DNA of 64,000 bases from positions 1,052,692 to 1,116,691 of the forward strand of contig OZ243919.1 in assembly GCA_965213885.1 (NCBI GenBank), in the 5' to 3' direction. A model generated the notes under the pieces. The model saw only the letters and a program-made list of their open reading frames with translations, did not search any database and was not told the origin of the DNA. The stretch's first letter is position 1, and every line of letters starts with the position of its first letter. A program made the translations under genes and the position numbers. Below, piece by piece: positions 49,761 to 59,600 of this stretch. Origin of the DNA: Candidatus Poriferihabitaceae bacterium (GTDB taxonomy: Bacteria; Pseudomonadota; Gammaproteobacteria; Arenicellales; Poriferihabitantaceae).

Positions 49761-51584
49761 TCACTCCACGGTTACGCTCTTGGCCAGGTTGCGTGGCTGA
49801 TCGACATCACGGCCCATCAGAACAGCGGTGTGATAGGCGAACAGCTGCAGACCGATATTCATCACCAGGGGGTGCAACAACGGGTGGCAGGGGGGCGAGC
49901 AGATCACATCGTCCGCGAGGGAGCGTATGTCCTCACGTCCTGAGTTCGTGACCGCGATGACCGGCCCCCGACGGGCGCGGATTTCCTGCAGCGAAGACAG
50001 CGATTTGTCCAGCAGGTCGTTGTCCGGCAGGATCACCAGGGTGGGGGTGTCCGGATCGATCAGTGCCAGGGGCCCGTGTTTCAGTTCCGAGGCGGGATAC
50101 GCCTCCGCATGCACGTAGGAGATTTCCTTCAGTTTCTGCGCACCTTCCAGTGCGACGGGATACGCATCGGTTCTGCCGATATAGAAGGCGCTGGAGGCCT
50201 GGTGGTATCTGGCCGCGATTTCCCGGATGCGGGGGCTTTCCTGCAGGGCGTTCCCGATCAGCCCGGGCAATGCGCGGAATGCTTCGACCAGTTCATCTCC
50301 CCGCTGGGGGGAAATGTCCCTGATCCGGCCGAGCTGCAGGGCGAGGAGCATGAAACAGGCGAGCATGCCGGAAAATGCCTTGGTGGAGGCGACGGAGATT
50401 TCCGGACCGACATGCATGTAGATACCGCCGTGCACTTCACGCGCGATGCTGCTGCCCACCACGTTGCAGATGCCAAGGACACGCCCGCCTCTCCTCCGTA
50501 CTTCCCGGATCGCGGCCAGGGTGTCGAAGGTTTCTCCGGACTGGCTGACGGCGATGTAGAGGGTGTCGTTTTCGATGACCGGATTGCGGTAGCGGAATTC
50601 CGCTGCGGGTTCCGATGCCGCCGGCAGCCTGGCCAGGGACTCGATCATGTTGGCGCCCGCGATACCGGCATAGTACGCTGAGCCACAGCCGAGAATGCGG
50701 ATCCGTTGAATAGCCCGCAGTTCCCTGGCTGACAGGTTGAGACCGCCCAGGTGAGCAGTGCCGAATTGCCGGTCCAGGCGTCCACCCAACGCGCGCGCGA
50801 TGGCTTCGGGCTGCTCTTCGATTTCCTTGAGCATATAGTGGTCATAGCCGTCCCGGGACAGCGCTTCCGGGTGATGGGCCAGTGTGACCGGGGGGCGTGA
50901 GATCATCGAATCGTCCATGGTGGCGATGGAAAACTCCCTTGCATTCACGGCTGCCAGCTCGCCATCCTCCAGGTGCACGACCTCCCTGGTATGCGTCAGG
51001 ATTGCGTTGGCGTCGGAGGTGATGAACAACTCCCGCTCACCCACGCCGATGATCACCGGGCTGCCGTTGCGCGCCGCCACGAGTTCGCCCGGCCGGCTGG
51101 TATCCATCACCACCAGGCCATAGGTTCCCTGCACCCGTCGAAGAGCAAGCCGCACCGAGTCGCGAAGGCTGTCGGCAGGATGCATCGCCACCAGATGCGC
51201 CAGGATCTCGCTGTCGGTTTCGGAGGTGAAAACCGCGCCCTCGGCCTCAAGCGCACTCCTCAGGGCTGTGGCGTTTTCGATGATGCCGTTGTGGATGATG
51301 GCGATACTGCCGTCCGGGGAGTGGTGGGGGTGGGCATTTTGGTCGGTTGCCTCCCCATGGGTCGCCCAGCGGGTGTGGCCGATGCCGCATTTGGCGGCCG
51401 ACTGCGCCGGCAGTCGCCCTTCAAGCTGCACCAGTTTGCCGGCCGCCCGCCAGGTGGCGAACCGGCCGCGCTGGTGCAGCGTGATACCAGCGGAGTCATA
51501 GCCGCGGTATTCCAGCCGTCGCAGGCCCGCCACCAGGATCGGAAGGGCTTTGTGGTGACCGCTGTAGGCGATGATGCCGCACAT
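49761..51584 (-). CDS. glmS: Glutamine--fructose-6-phosphate aminotransferase
   Basis: It has the MCGIIAY Ntn glutaminase start, two SIS domains and the canonical C-terminus ...RNLAKSVTVE. Confidence 0.9.
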   Translation of the reverse strand: MCGIIAYSGHHKALPILVAGLRRLEYRGYDSAGITLHQRGRFATWRAAGKLVQLEGRLPAQSAAKCGIGHTRWATHGEATDQNAHPHHSPDGSIAIIHNGIIENATALRSALEAEGAVFTSETDSEILAHLVAMHPADSLRDSVRLALRRVQGTYGLVVMDTSRPGELVAARNGSPVIIGVGERELFITSDANAILTHTREVVHLEDGELAAVNAREFSIATMDDSMISRPPVTLAHHPEALSRDGYDHYMLKEIEEQPEAIARALGGRLDRQFGTAHLGGLNLSARELRAIQRIRILGCGSAYYAGIAGANMIESLARLPAASEPAAEFRYRNPVIENDTLYIAVSQSGETFDTLAAIREVRRRGGRVLGICNVVGSSIAREVHGGIYMHVGPEISVASTKAFSGMLACFMLLALQLGRIRDISPQRGDELVEAFRALPGLIGNALQESPRIREIAARYHQASSAFYIGRTDAYPVALEGAQKLKEISYVHAEAYPASELKHGPLALIDPDTPTLVILPDNDLLDKSLSSLQEIRARRGPVIAVTNSGREDIRSLADDVICSPPCHPLLHPLVMNIGLQLFAYHTAVLMGRDVDQPRNLAKSVTVE

Positions 51585-51601
51585 GATCCGGGTGCCCGGT
51601 G

Positions 51602-51880
51602 TCAGCCGTAAACCATGCGGCGGATCTGTCGCATGCTGACCGGGCCCGCAGGGAATCTCCGGTCTGGTATTTCCGCCAAAATCTGTTCGAAGATCTCCGG
51701 GTTCGGCAACCCGGCCCCCTGCAGTTCACGATGACGGCGCCGAACGAATTCCTCCGGGCTCTCGCGGAAGTAGTTCAAAACCTCCAGTACCAGCAGTTCC
51801 ACCTCTTCGGAAGCCAGTCCCCGGGTCTCGGAGAGGTGGTACGCCAGTTCGCTGTGCGCTGTAACGGGATTCATGAGCAC
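51602..51880 (-). CDS. Hypothetical protein (92 aa) immediately upstream of glmS
   Basis: It is an ORF with coding-like composition, ending 17 nt before the glmS start. I could recognise no family. Confidence 0.4.
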   Translation of the reverse strand: MLMNPVTAHSELAYHLSETRGLASEEVELLVLEVLNYFRESPEEFVRRRHRELQGAGLPNPEIFEQILAEIPDRRFPAGPVSMRQIRRMVYG

Positions 51881-52014
51881 ATAATATCTGTAAATATGAA
51901 GGTAAAGTCCAATGGTTTGCCCATATTCGGGCAGATTTTACCACTTATTTCAAATTAGACAGGGTTGTCCAGGGTACGGTACATTCGTATTCCCGTAAGC
52001 CATGCGAGATGTGA

Positions 52015-52905
52015 ATGTCCCAGGACCAAGCAGCGCCGGATACCCAGGAGGCCGTGCTGGAGCGTCTCCTCGCGGACTTCGACCGGTTGCCCACCCAGCT
52101 CCAGATCACGGCGCGGTTCATCATTGACCACCCCCGGGAAGTGGGAGTCCGGACCATGCGCAGCCTCGCCGGGCAGGCGGGGGTGCATCCCAACAGTTTT
52201 GTGCGACTTGCGCGCCATCTCGGATTTTCCGGATATGACGACATGCGGGAGCGTTTCAGGGATTTCGTCCGCGGTGGTGCAGGCAGCTTCCGTGAACGGG
52301 CCCGGTGGCTGCAGTCCATGGCCGGGCAGGGCGGGTCCGCGGCGGTCAGCGGAGAGATGGCCGCTGCCGTGCTGGCCAATATCGAACAGCTTTACCAGGG
52401 AGGGCAACTGAAAGCGATGGAGCGGGCGGTACGCTGGATGTCGGGCGCAAAACGGGTCTACGTCGTAGGAGTCGGGTCGAGCTATGCGCTGGCCTACAAC
52501 TTTTGGTATGTGGCGCGCATGATGTATCCCCAGTTCATCCTGATACCACGCCACGGGAGCCTGCCCATGGACGACATCCTCCATGTCGGCCGGCGGGACG
52601 TGCTGTTCGCCATGACGTTCCAGCCCTACCGCAGCGAGATCATCGAAGTGCTGAGGTTCGCCCAGCAGCGTGGGGCCCGCACCATCGGTTTGTCCGACAG
52701 CAAGGCCTCGCCCGTATACCGAGAAGCCGGACTCGGTCTTTTTGCGCCCACCCATACACCACAGTTCTTTCATTCAAACAGCGCCACCACCGCGCTGCTC
52801 GAGACCCTCTGCGCCCTGCTGGCCTCGGGGGGCGGGGATCAGGTACTGACGGAGATCGAGGCCTTCAATGAACGCCGCTGGCGAAGTGGGATATACCTCC
52901 GGTAG
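52015..52905 (+). CDS. MurR/RpiR-family transcriptional regulator (HTH_6 + SIS)
   Basis: It has the N-terminal RpiR HTH (ITARFIIDHPREVGVRTMRSLAGQAGVHPNSFVRLARHLGFSGY) and a C-terminal SIS domain. It is divergent from the glmS unit. Confidence 0.8.
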   Translation: MSQDQAAPDTQEAVLERLLADFDRLPTQLQITARFIIDHPREVGVRTMRSLAGQAGVHPNSFVRLARHLGFSGYDDMRERFRDFVRGGAGSFRERARWLQSMAGQGGSAAVSGEMAAAVLANIEQLYQGGQLKAMERAVRWMSGAKRVYVVGVGSSYALAYNFWYVARMMYPQFILIPRHGSLPMDDILHVGRRDVLFAMTFQPYRSEIIEVLRFAQQRGARTIGLSDSKASPVYREAGLGLFAPTHTPQFFHSNSATTALLETLCALLASGGGDQVLTEIEAFNERRWRSGIYLR

Positions 52906-53355
52906 GAAATTGCGCTGTAGCTCACTTGCTGTAAGGGAATGTTATTGCGAAGTCGGTAGAAACACTGTTCCCCAGAAGGATAGGAATCGATGCCATGGGC
53001 AGACGTGAATCTCTATTCGAGTCCGATGGGCGCCCGGCATGCAAGCCCCTTCAAGTTCTCCAGATCGTGTCCCTGGACATGGTGCAGGAGGTCCGGCTCC
53101 CGTTGGTAACCTTGGATAAGTAGCCCGCCGCAGAGACCGCCACGAGTCTGGCGTCGAACCTCTGATCCATAGCGGATGACAACCCGTTGACGGTCAGGGT
53201 TGGTCCTGGAGAGCTCACCAGAGCAGAGTTGTAGCATGACGGTGCCAACGACATGAAGACCTTACGCGGGCTATTGGAAATGAGTTTCCAGGTTGCCGGC
53301 CCTTGCGGAAATGATACATTCGTACTAGATTTCCCGCATTGATACATGCAGCTGA

Positions 53356-54486
53356 TTGCCGACGCCAGGTTTTGCCATGCCAACATCTGCACAACCTCCC
53401 GTACGGGGATTGCCGGCCGTCTATTTCAACGACCCGGCGATCTTTGACAGGGCCAAGGAGGAGATCTTCTTCCGTACATGGCAGTACGCCTGCCACGCCA
53501 GCCAGCTGCCCGATCCCGGAGACTATCTGACCCTCACCCTGTTCGACCAGGATATTGCGGTGCTGCGGGACCGCGGAGGAACGTTGCGCGCGTTCTACAA
53601 TGTCTGCCAGCACCGGGGGCACCGTCTGCTGGAGGGTAGGGGCAACCGCCGCCTGCTGGTCTGCCCCTACCATGCCTGGAGCTACGACCTGGACGGTCGC
53701 CTGAAAGGAGCGCCCGGGAGCGGTGCGGTCGACAGATTCGATCCTGGAGCCATCTGCATACCCTCTATACAGCTGGAGGAATTTCTCGGATTCGTCTTCA
53801 TCAATCTGGATGACGGGGCCCCTTCCATGGACCGGTGCTATCCAGGCGTCCGGGAGGCCATCCTGACGCTGTGTCCGGATATCCGGGAGCGCCGTCTGGC
53901 TGATGAGCACAGTGTCGAGGAGGGTTGCAACTGGCTGGTTGCGGTTGAGAACTACAACGAGTGCTATCACTGCAGGGTGGCCCATCCCGACTTTGCCGAA
54001 GGCGTCATTGATCCTGATTCCTACGGCGTCCTGCCGTTCGGTAACGGCAAGGTGCTGAAACACAGTTCGCGGCCTGCCCGTGGGGAAGGCGCATGGTACG
54101 ACGTCAGCGGATCGGATTACGGCAGTTTCTATCTCTGGCCGGCGGCTTCCATTCAGATCTACCCCGGGTGCGTGATCAACAACTACTACTGGCGCCCGCT
54201 GGCGGTGGATGGTACCCGCGTAGTCCGGGGCTGGTTTTCCCGTGACGGACAGGTCGACGAAGTCCTCCGTCAGGTCATCGAACTGGACCGGAACACCACG
54301 TTCGCGGAGGACCTCGTTCTGCTCCGGAACGTCCAGCGCGGCATCCGGTCTCGGGGCTACCGACCGGGTCCCCTGATCATCAGCCCCGACGGCGGGATCG
54401 ACAACGAACTGTCCATTTCCTGCCTGCATCAATGGTTGCGCGAAGCGGTGGACGGCAAATCAAGTGCATCCCGGACACCGGCATGA
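53356..54486 (+). CDS. Rieske [2Fe-2S] non-heme-iron oxygenase, alpha-subunit type
   Basis: It has the Rieske motif CQHRGHRL...CPYHAWSY and a catalytic-domain His motif (NYNECYHCRVAHP). The start may be the ATG at 53377. Confidence 0.8.
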   Translation: MPTPGFAMPTSAQPPVRGLPAVYFNDPAIFDRAKEEIFFRTWQYACHASQLPDPGDYLTLTLFDQDIAVLRDRGGTLRAFYNVCQHRGHRLLEGRGNRRLLVCPYHAWSYDLDGRLKGAPGSGAVDRFDPGAICIPSIQLEEFLGFVFINLDDGAPSMDRCYPGVREAILTLCPDIRERRLADEHSVEEGCNWLVAVENYNECYHCRVAHPDFAEGVIDPDSYGVLPFGNGKVLKHSSRPARGEGAWYDVSGSDYGSFYLWPAASIQIYPGCVINNYYWRPLAVDGTRVVRGWFSRDGQVDEVLRQVIELDRNTTFAEDLVLLRNVQRGIRSRGYRPGPLIISPDGGIDNELSISCLHQWLREAVDGKSSASRTPA

Positions 54487-55799
54487 AGGCTGTCCCGGAG
54501 AATACCCACCACACCTCCCCGGAACTGTTCGGGATTGCCGAGGATTGCCTGCCTGGTGCAGGGCTCGGAAGCTATTCGCTGGCCGACGATATCCGCCTGG
54601 TGTTCGCACATGGCAGGGGACCGCGCCTGTGGGATGTGGACGGGAGGGAGTACATCGACTATGTTGGGGGTGCCGGCGCCCTGATCCTGGGGCATTCCCA
54701 TCCGGCGGTGGTCCGGGCGATGTGCGCCCAGGTCGAGCGGGGCGCACATATGTTCGGTTCGTTGAACGACGTTGCCGTTCTCCTGGCCGAGAGACTCGTG
54801 CGGGACATTCCCTGTGCGGAAAGGATCGCTTACGCCACCACTGGTTCGGAAGCCACCGCCTACGCCATGCGGTTGGCGCGGGCTCATACCGGCCGGGACA
54901 AGATCCTCAAGTTCGAGGGGGCCTACCACGGCAATCACGACTATGCCATCGTGTCGACGTTTCCACGGGAGACGGGACACTATCCAGAGGGCGTGGCGGA
55001 TTCCCACGGTCAGCCCAGAGCAACGGTGGAAACCATGTTGGTCAGCCCCTATAACGATCTCGAAACCCTGGAGGGGATCGTGTTGGAGCAGGGCAGGGAC
55101 ATTGCCGCCATTATCGCCGAAGGTGTGCAACGGATCATCCCGGCAAGTCCGGAATTTCTCCGGGGCGTCCGTCGCATCTGCGATGAGCACGACATCCTGT
55201 TCATACTGGATGAGGTGGTGACAGGGTTCCGGCTCGGCTACGGCGGCGCTCAGGAGTGGTACGATGTGAAACCGGACCTCGCCACTTACGGCAAGGTGGT
55301 GGGCGGCGGAGGCCCCCTGTCCTGCATCGCCGGCCCTGCCGAGATCATCGACCTGGCGGATCCCCGCCGCAAGGGCTGGCAGGGTTTCACCTATTTCAAC
55401 GGTACGCTCCACGGCAATCCGGTGGCCGCCGCGGCAACCCTGGCAATGCTGGACGAACTGTCGAGGCCGGATACCTACCGCCGGCTGAACGAATATGCCG
55501 ACGAACTGTGCCGGGAAAGCCAGAAGGTCCTCGATCGACATGGTGTCGGAGCCATCGCCTGCAACACCGGCTCCCTGTGGCAGATCCTTTTCACCGGCAG
55601 CGTGCCCCGGAACCAGTCGGATATGCTCACCAGTGACCAGGCCGCCATGCGCCGGCTGGACTCCGAACTCATGAAACAGGGCCAGTACGTGCTTCCGGGG
55701 GTGCGCCGTTTCGTGTCCTGCGTGCATACCGGGAAGGATCTTGAGGATTCCCTCAGGGGGCTGGATGCGGCCTGCCGGGCATTCAGCAGGACCGGATGA
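54483..55799 (+). CDS. Class-III PLP-dependent aminotransferase (GSA-aminomutase-like)
   Basis: The ATG at 54483 overlaps the Rieske gene stop (ATGA). Motifs seen are TTGSEATAYAMRLAR, ILDEVVTGFR and the Schiff-base Lys context TYGKVVGGG. Confidence 0.8.
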   Translation: MKAVPENTHHTSPELFGIAEDCLPGAGLGSYSLADDIRLVFAHGRGPRLWDVDGREYIDYVGGAGALILGHSHPAVVRAMCAQVERGAHMFGSLNDVAVLLAERLVRDIPCAERIAYATTGSEATAYAMRLARAHTGRDKILKFEGAYHGNHDYAIVSTFPRETGHYPEGVADSHGQPRATVETMLVSPYNDLETLEGIVLEQGRDIAAIIAEGVQRIIPASPEFLRGVRRICDEHDILFILDEVVTGFRLGYGGAQEWYDVKPDLATYGKVVGGGGPLSCIAGPAEIIDLADPRRKGWQGFTYFNGTLHGNPVAAAATLAMLDELSRPDTYRRLNEYADELCRESQKVLDRHGVGAIACNTGSLWQILFTGSVPRNQSDMLTSDQAAMRRLDSELMKQGQYVLPGVRRFVSCVHTGKDLEDSLRGLDAACRAFSRTG

Positions 55800-56492
55800 T
55801 TCATGCGGGAATCCTGACACTCGTGAATCCTGTCCCGGCGGCGGGATTGTCAATTTCGCGGGGCTAAGCACTGGCCTGCGGGGCGTCCGGCCGGATTCGC
55901 CACAGGGACGGGGTTTCCATGGACACCGCCAAAATCCGGCAGGTAGCATACTGCCGCCAAGGTGTGCAGGGGAATCGGGACAAGTCAGTCTCTTACACAA
56001 GTCTTTTGTAATTCAGATCAGGACCTACCGGTAGGTTTCATCTCGAGACTGTGGTTCAAAGTCGAAGGTGGTCGCTCCGGTCAGGAACGAACGGATCACC
56101 TCCACCGTCTGCAATCGTTGGCGGTGCAATTTCAAGATCATTCTCCGATGATCCTAAAATCGCCCCTTTCATGTTTCAGTCACACACCAAAATAGAGAAT
56201 TTATATGCTATAGTTAATAATAGGAGCATACTCACCACATAGAAGCAAGCCCACGTGCCTTGAACACGGATGGGAAGGCGCTGGCGGGAGGTTCTCATGA
56301 ATCACTTGCATGCGTCGGACATTCGCTGCCCCCAGTGTCCTGCACAATGGCCTTACCCTCGGGTTCAAGGTCCGCCTCTGGGTGAAGTCCCGGATGACGG
56401 ACTGGATAGCAGCGCGGTACTAAAAGCCAAGAGTCATCCACATCCTGCAAAAGCACCAGTGCTTGCAGAAGGAACGGAAGTTCCGACCACAT

Positions 56493-56514
56493 CCCCCCCC
56501 CCCCCCCCCCCCCC
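56493..56514. repeat. C22 homopolymeric tract directly abutting an in-frame ATG (56515) of the giant ORF
   Basis: Counted from the sequence as 8 + 10 + 4 consecutive C residues. Confidence 0.95.
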
Positions 56515-56604
56515 ATGCGTGCGGGCCCAGCCATAGAAGGGCGCCATCGGCCGGACAAGTCGGTCCCTGAAGCCGAATCGAGCGACGTCACCCGCTCCTT
56601 TCGT

Positions 56605-59600
56605 GTGCTCCACCGGGCACTGGCTGCAGGGGCACTCACCCTGACGCTCCTTGCGCTCCTCGCGCCCGCCGCCGAAGCCAACAAGCCCAACTGCTCCGCG
56701 TCGAGCGGTCCCTACCCAGCCCACGAGGACTGGGTGTTCACGCCCGAGAGTCTCGACGCCGGCGATACCTTCCGCCTGCTCTTCGCAACAAGCGCGACAC
56801 GCAGCGCGGACTCTGTACTCCCGTCCGTGTACAACACCTTCGTGCGCAACGCCGCCAAGGGCGGACACGGCCAGATCCCCGCAAGCTGCGGGAACAGGTT
56901 CAACGCGATCATCTCGACGCAGTACGACTCTGCGCGGTTTAACACAAGGACCAGGTCGACCGACACCGACGCACCCATCTGGTGGGTGAAGGGCGACAAG
57001 GTCGCGGACAACTACGCCGACTTCTACGACGGGTCCTGGGACAGCCGCATCGCAAGAAACGAGTACGGAACGACCCCCATCAGCGAGCAAAGGGTATGGA
57101 CCGGAAGCTTGTCGAACGGGCACCACCCCGGATCCGGCTACGCAGGGCACTTCGGCGTTGAGGTCCATCGAGGCCACCTCAAAACGGGCGATCCACTGAA
57201 CGCGGGAAGCACGAACAGCGGTGCCAAGTATCGCTTGTACGGTCTCTCGCCCATCTTCACCGTGGTGAAGGCCCCGCGGCTTTCGATTTCGCTCAACAAG
57301 ACTTCGGGGAACGAGCTGAATTCAGCGGGAGGCCATGCCACCATCTCGGTCAAGCTCGACCAGACGCGCCCCAACGACACGTCGTTCAAGATGTGCGTGA
57401 AGACCACGAGCACCGCAACGTTTCGCACGAGCACCAGCACGAACGACCGCGATTTCGACCTCTACGAGTACCTTCTCGACGCCCAAGGTCAGCTCGTTGA
57501 GCTCGCCGTCGACGCCTCGAACTGCCACACGATGACGATCAAGACGGGCGACAACCAAAACCAAGCCATTTTGGGGTTCTTCGGCGACACCCTGAAGGAA
57601 GAGAACGAGACCGTGGTGCTCGAGCTGAAGGACCCGCCGTCGGGCGTCAAGATTGCTTCCTCCGGACGCACCGCGACGTACACCATCACCAACGACGACT
57701 CCGAGCCCACCGTGACCATCACCGGCGGTGCGACGGCGTCCGAAGGCACCAACGCGACCTTCACCGTCAAATCGAGCCACGCCCCGAAGAACGCCCTCTC
57801 GGTCAAGGTGAACATCACCGAAGCCGAAGACGCCGACACCGGAAAGAACCACGTCGACGCCGACGACGAGGGCGTGCGCACGGTGACCGTCGCTGCGGGC
57901 AGCACGAGCCAGTCGTTCACGGTGCCAACGACCGAGGACTGGGTCGACGAGCCCGACGGCGTCATCACCGCGACCGTGCAGGCGGGGACCGGCTACGTCG
58001 TCGGGCAGGCCAACAAGTCCGCGCAGGTGAACGTCCAAGACGACGACACGCGCGGGTTCGTGTTCCGTCCCGCAAAGCTGAAGCTCAAGGAAGGGGGAAG
58101 CGCCACCTACACCGTGGCGCTCACCTCGCGCCCGCTCGACGAGCCCGAAGGCGTCACCGTCACGCTGACGCCCTTGGGCGACTTCACAGTGGACACCGAC
58201 ACCAGCAAGGACGGCAACCAGACGACGCTGCGCTTCGACGCCGTGGGCGGGAACCTCTGGCAGTCCGGACAGACGGTGAAGGTCACTGCGAACGAGGACG
58301 CGAACAGCACCGACGACACCACCGCCATCAACCACGAAGGGTCCGGTGCCGGTTACGGCCCACGCCCCGGCGCCGATTTCGGCGCGAGCCGAGGCATCGT
58401 AGTGACCGTCACCGACAACGACGTCCCGCACCTGGTGGTCGCGCCGACCGAGCTCAGCGTCACCGAAGGCGGCAGCTCGACCTTCACCGTGCAGCTCGGG
58501 ACGCAGCCGTCCGCCGACGGGACCCTCGCGTTCGCCTCGACGAACCCGGACATCACCTTCAACCCCGCGAGCCTCAGCTACTTCAAAAATGACAGTCACC
58601 AGACCCAGGGGTGGGACAAGGTGCGGACCGTGACCGTCCATGCCGCGAGCGACAACGACATCGGCGACGACGCAGCGACCTTGACCGTGACCGCCTCAGG
58701 GGGCGACTACGAGGGCAAGACCGCGACCATCGCCGCCACCGTCACCGACACCACCACCCCGGCGCTCGTGCTCTCGACCAGCACGCTCGCCGTCATGGAG
58801 GGCGCGAGCACCACCTACACGGTCAAGCTCGCCGCCAGGCCGACCGGGACGGTGACGGTCGCCATCGGGTCGAACAACGGCGACGTCATGGTCGATACCG
58901 ACAACGATGACACCAACGGCAACCAGAACAGGCTCACCTTCAACGCCAACGGCAGCAACCTCTGGAGCACGGCACAGACCGTGAAGGTCACTACACGCGG
59001 CGACGCCAACACCGCCAGTGAGGCCGTGACGCTCACCCACACCGCCTCGGGCGGCGGCTACGGCGCGGTCAGGAAGACGCTCTCGGGCACCGTCACCGAC
59101 GACGGCAAGAAGACCGTCGCGTTCGCCCAAACGGACTACCCCGTCATCGAGGGCAAGGGGCCGGTGACGGTCACGCTCGTCATGTCCGAAGCGCGCAGCG
59201 CGACCACCAATGTGAGGGTCTCCGCGACGCCGCTGACCGCGACGGGCAGCGGCGTGGACTACACCGGCCTGACCTTTGTCGCGACGTTTGCGGCAGGGAG
59301 CACGAGCGCAACCTTCGAAATACCGATCAGGGTGGACGACCTCCTCGAGGATGCGAACGGAGAGCGTTTCCGCGTGGACATCTACGACGGCGACTTTCCG
59401 AACGACCTCAAGAAGGTCAGACCCGACCTGGCCTACGTCACCATCTACGACGCGGCGGTCCTGTCCTTCACCCGCCCGGACACGACGAGGGTTTTCGAAG
59501 GCGGGCGGGCGCTCGAGTTCACCCTGGACGCCCGCGCGCCGTATTTCGACGAGGCCGACGGGCACGGCTTTGCCCATGTACGGCTGTCGGGTCGGGCAAG

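Noticed and set aside
53013-53237. Minus-strand 74-aa ORF with ...GGLLIQGYQREPDLLHHVQGHDLENLKGL..., faintly like the LL..G.dl..iq.LLGH..l.tT box of tyrosine recombinases
   Set aside because: The catalytic R/H/Y residues are not alignable, the stretch is short and gapped, and it could be chance. It is noted because an integrase scar here would fit an island boundary, but the evidence does not support the call.
56270-56536. 88-aa ORF reading through the poly-C tract as PPPPPPP
   Set aside because: It has no protein-like features or signal. It is probably non-coding leader sequence. It is mentioned only because a +1 change in tract length would fuse it to the giant ORF.
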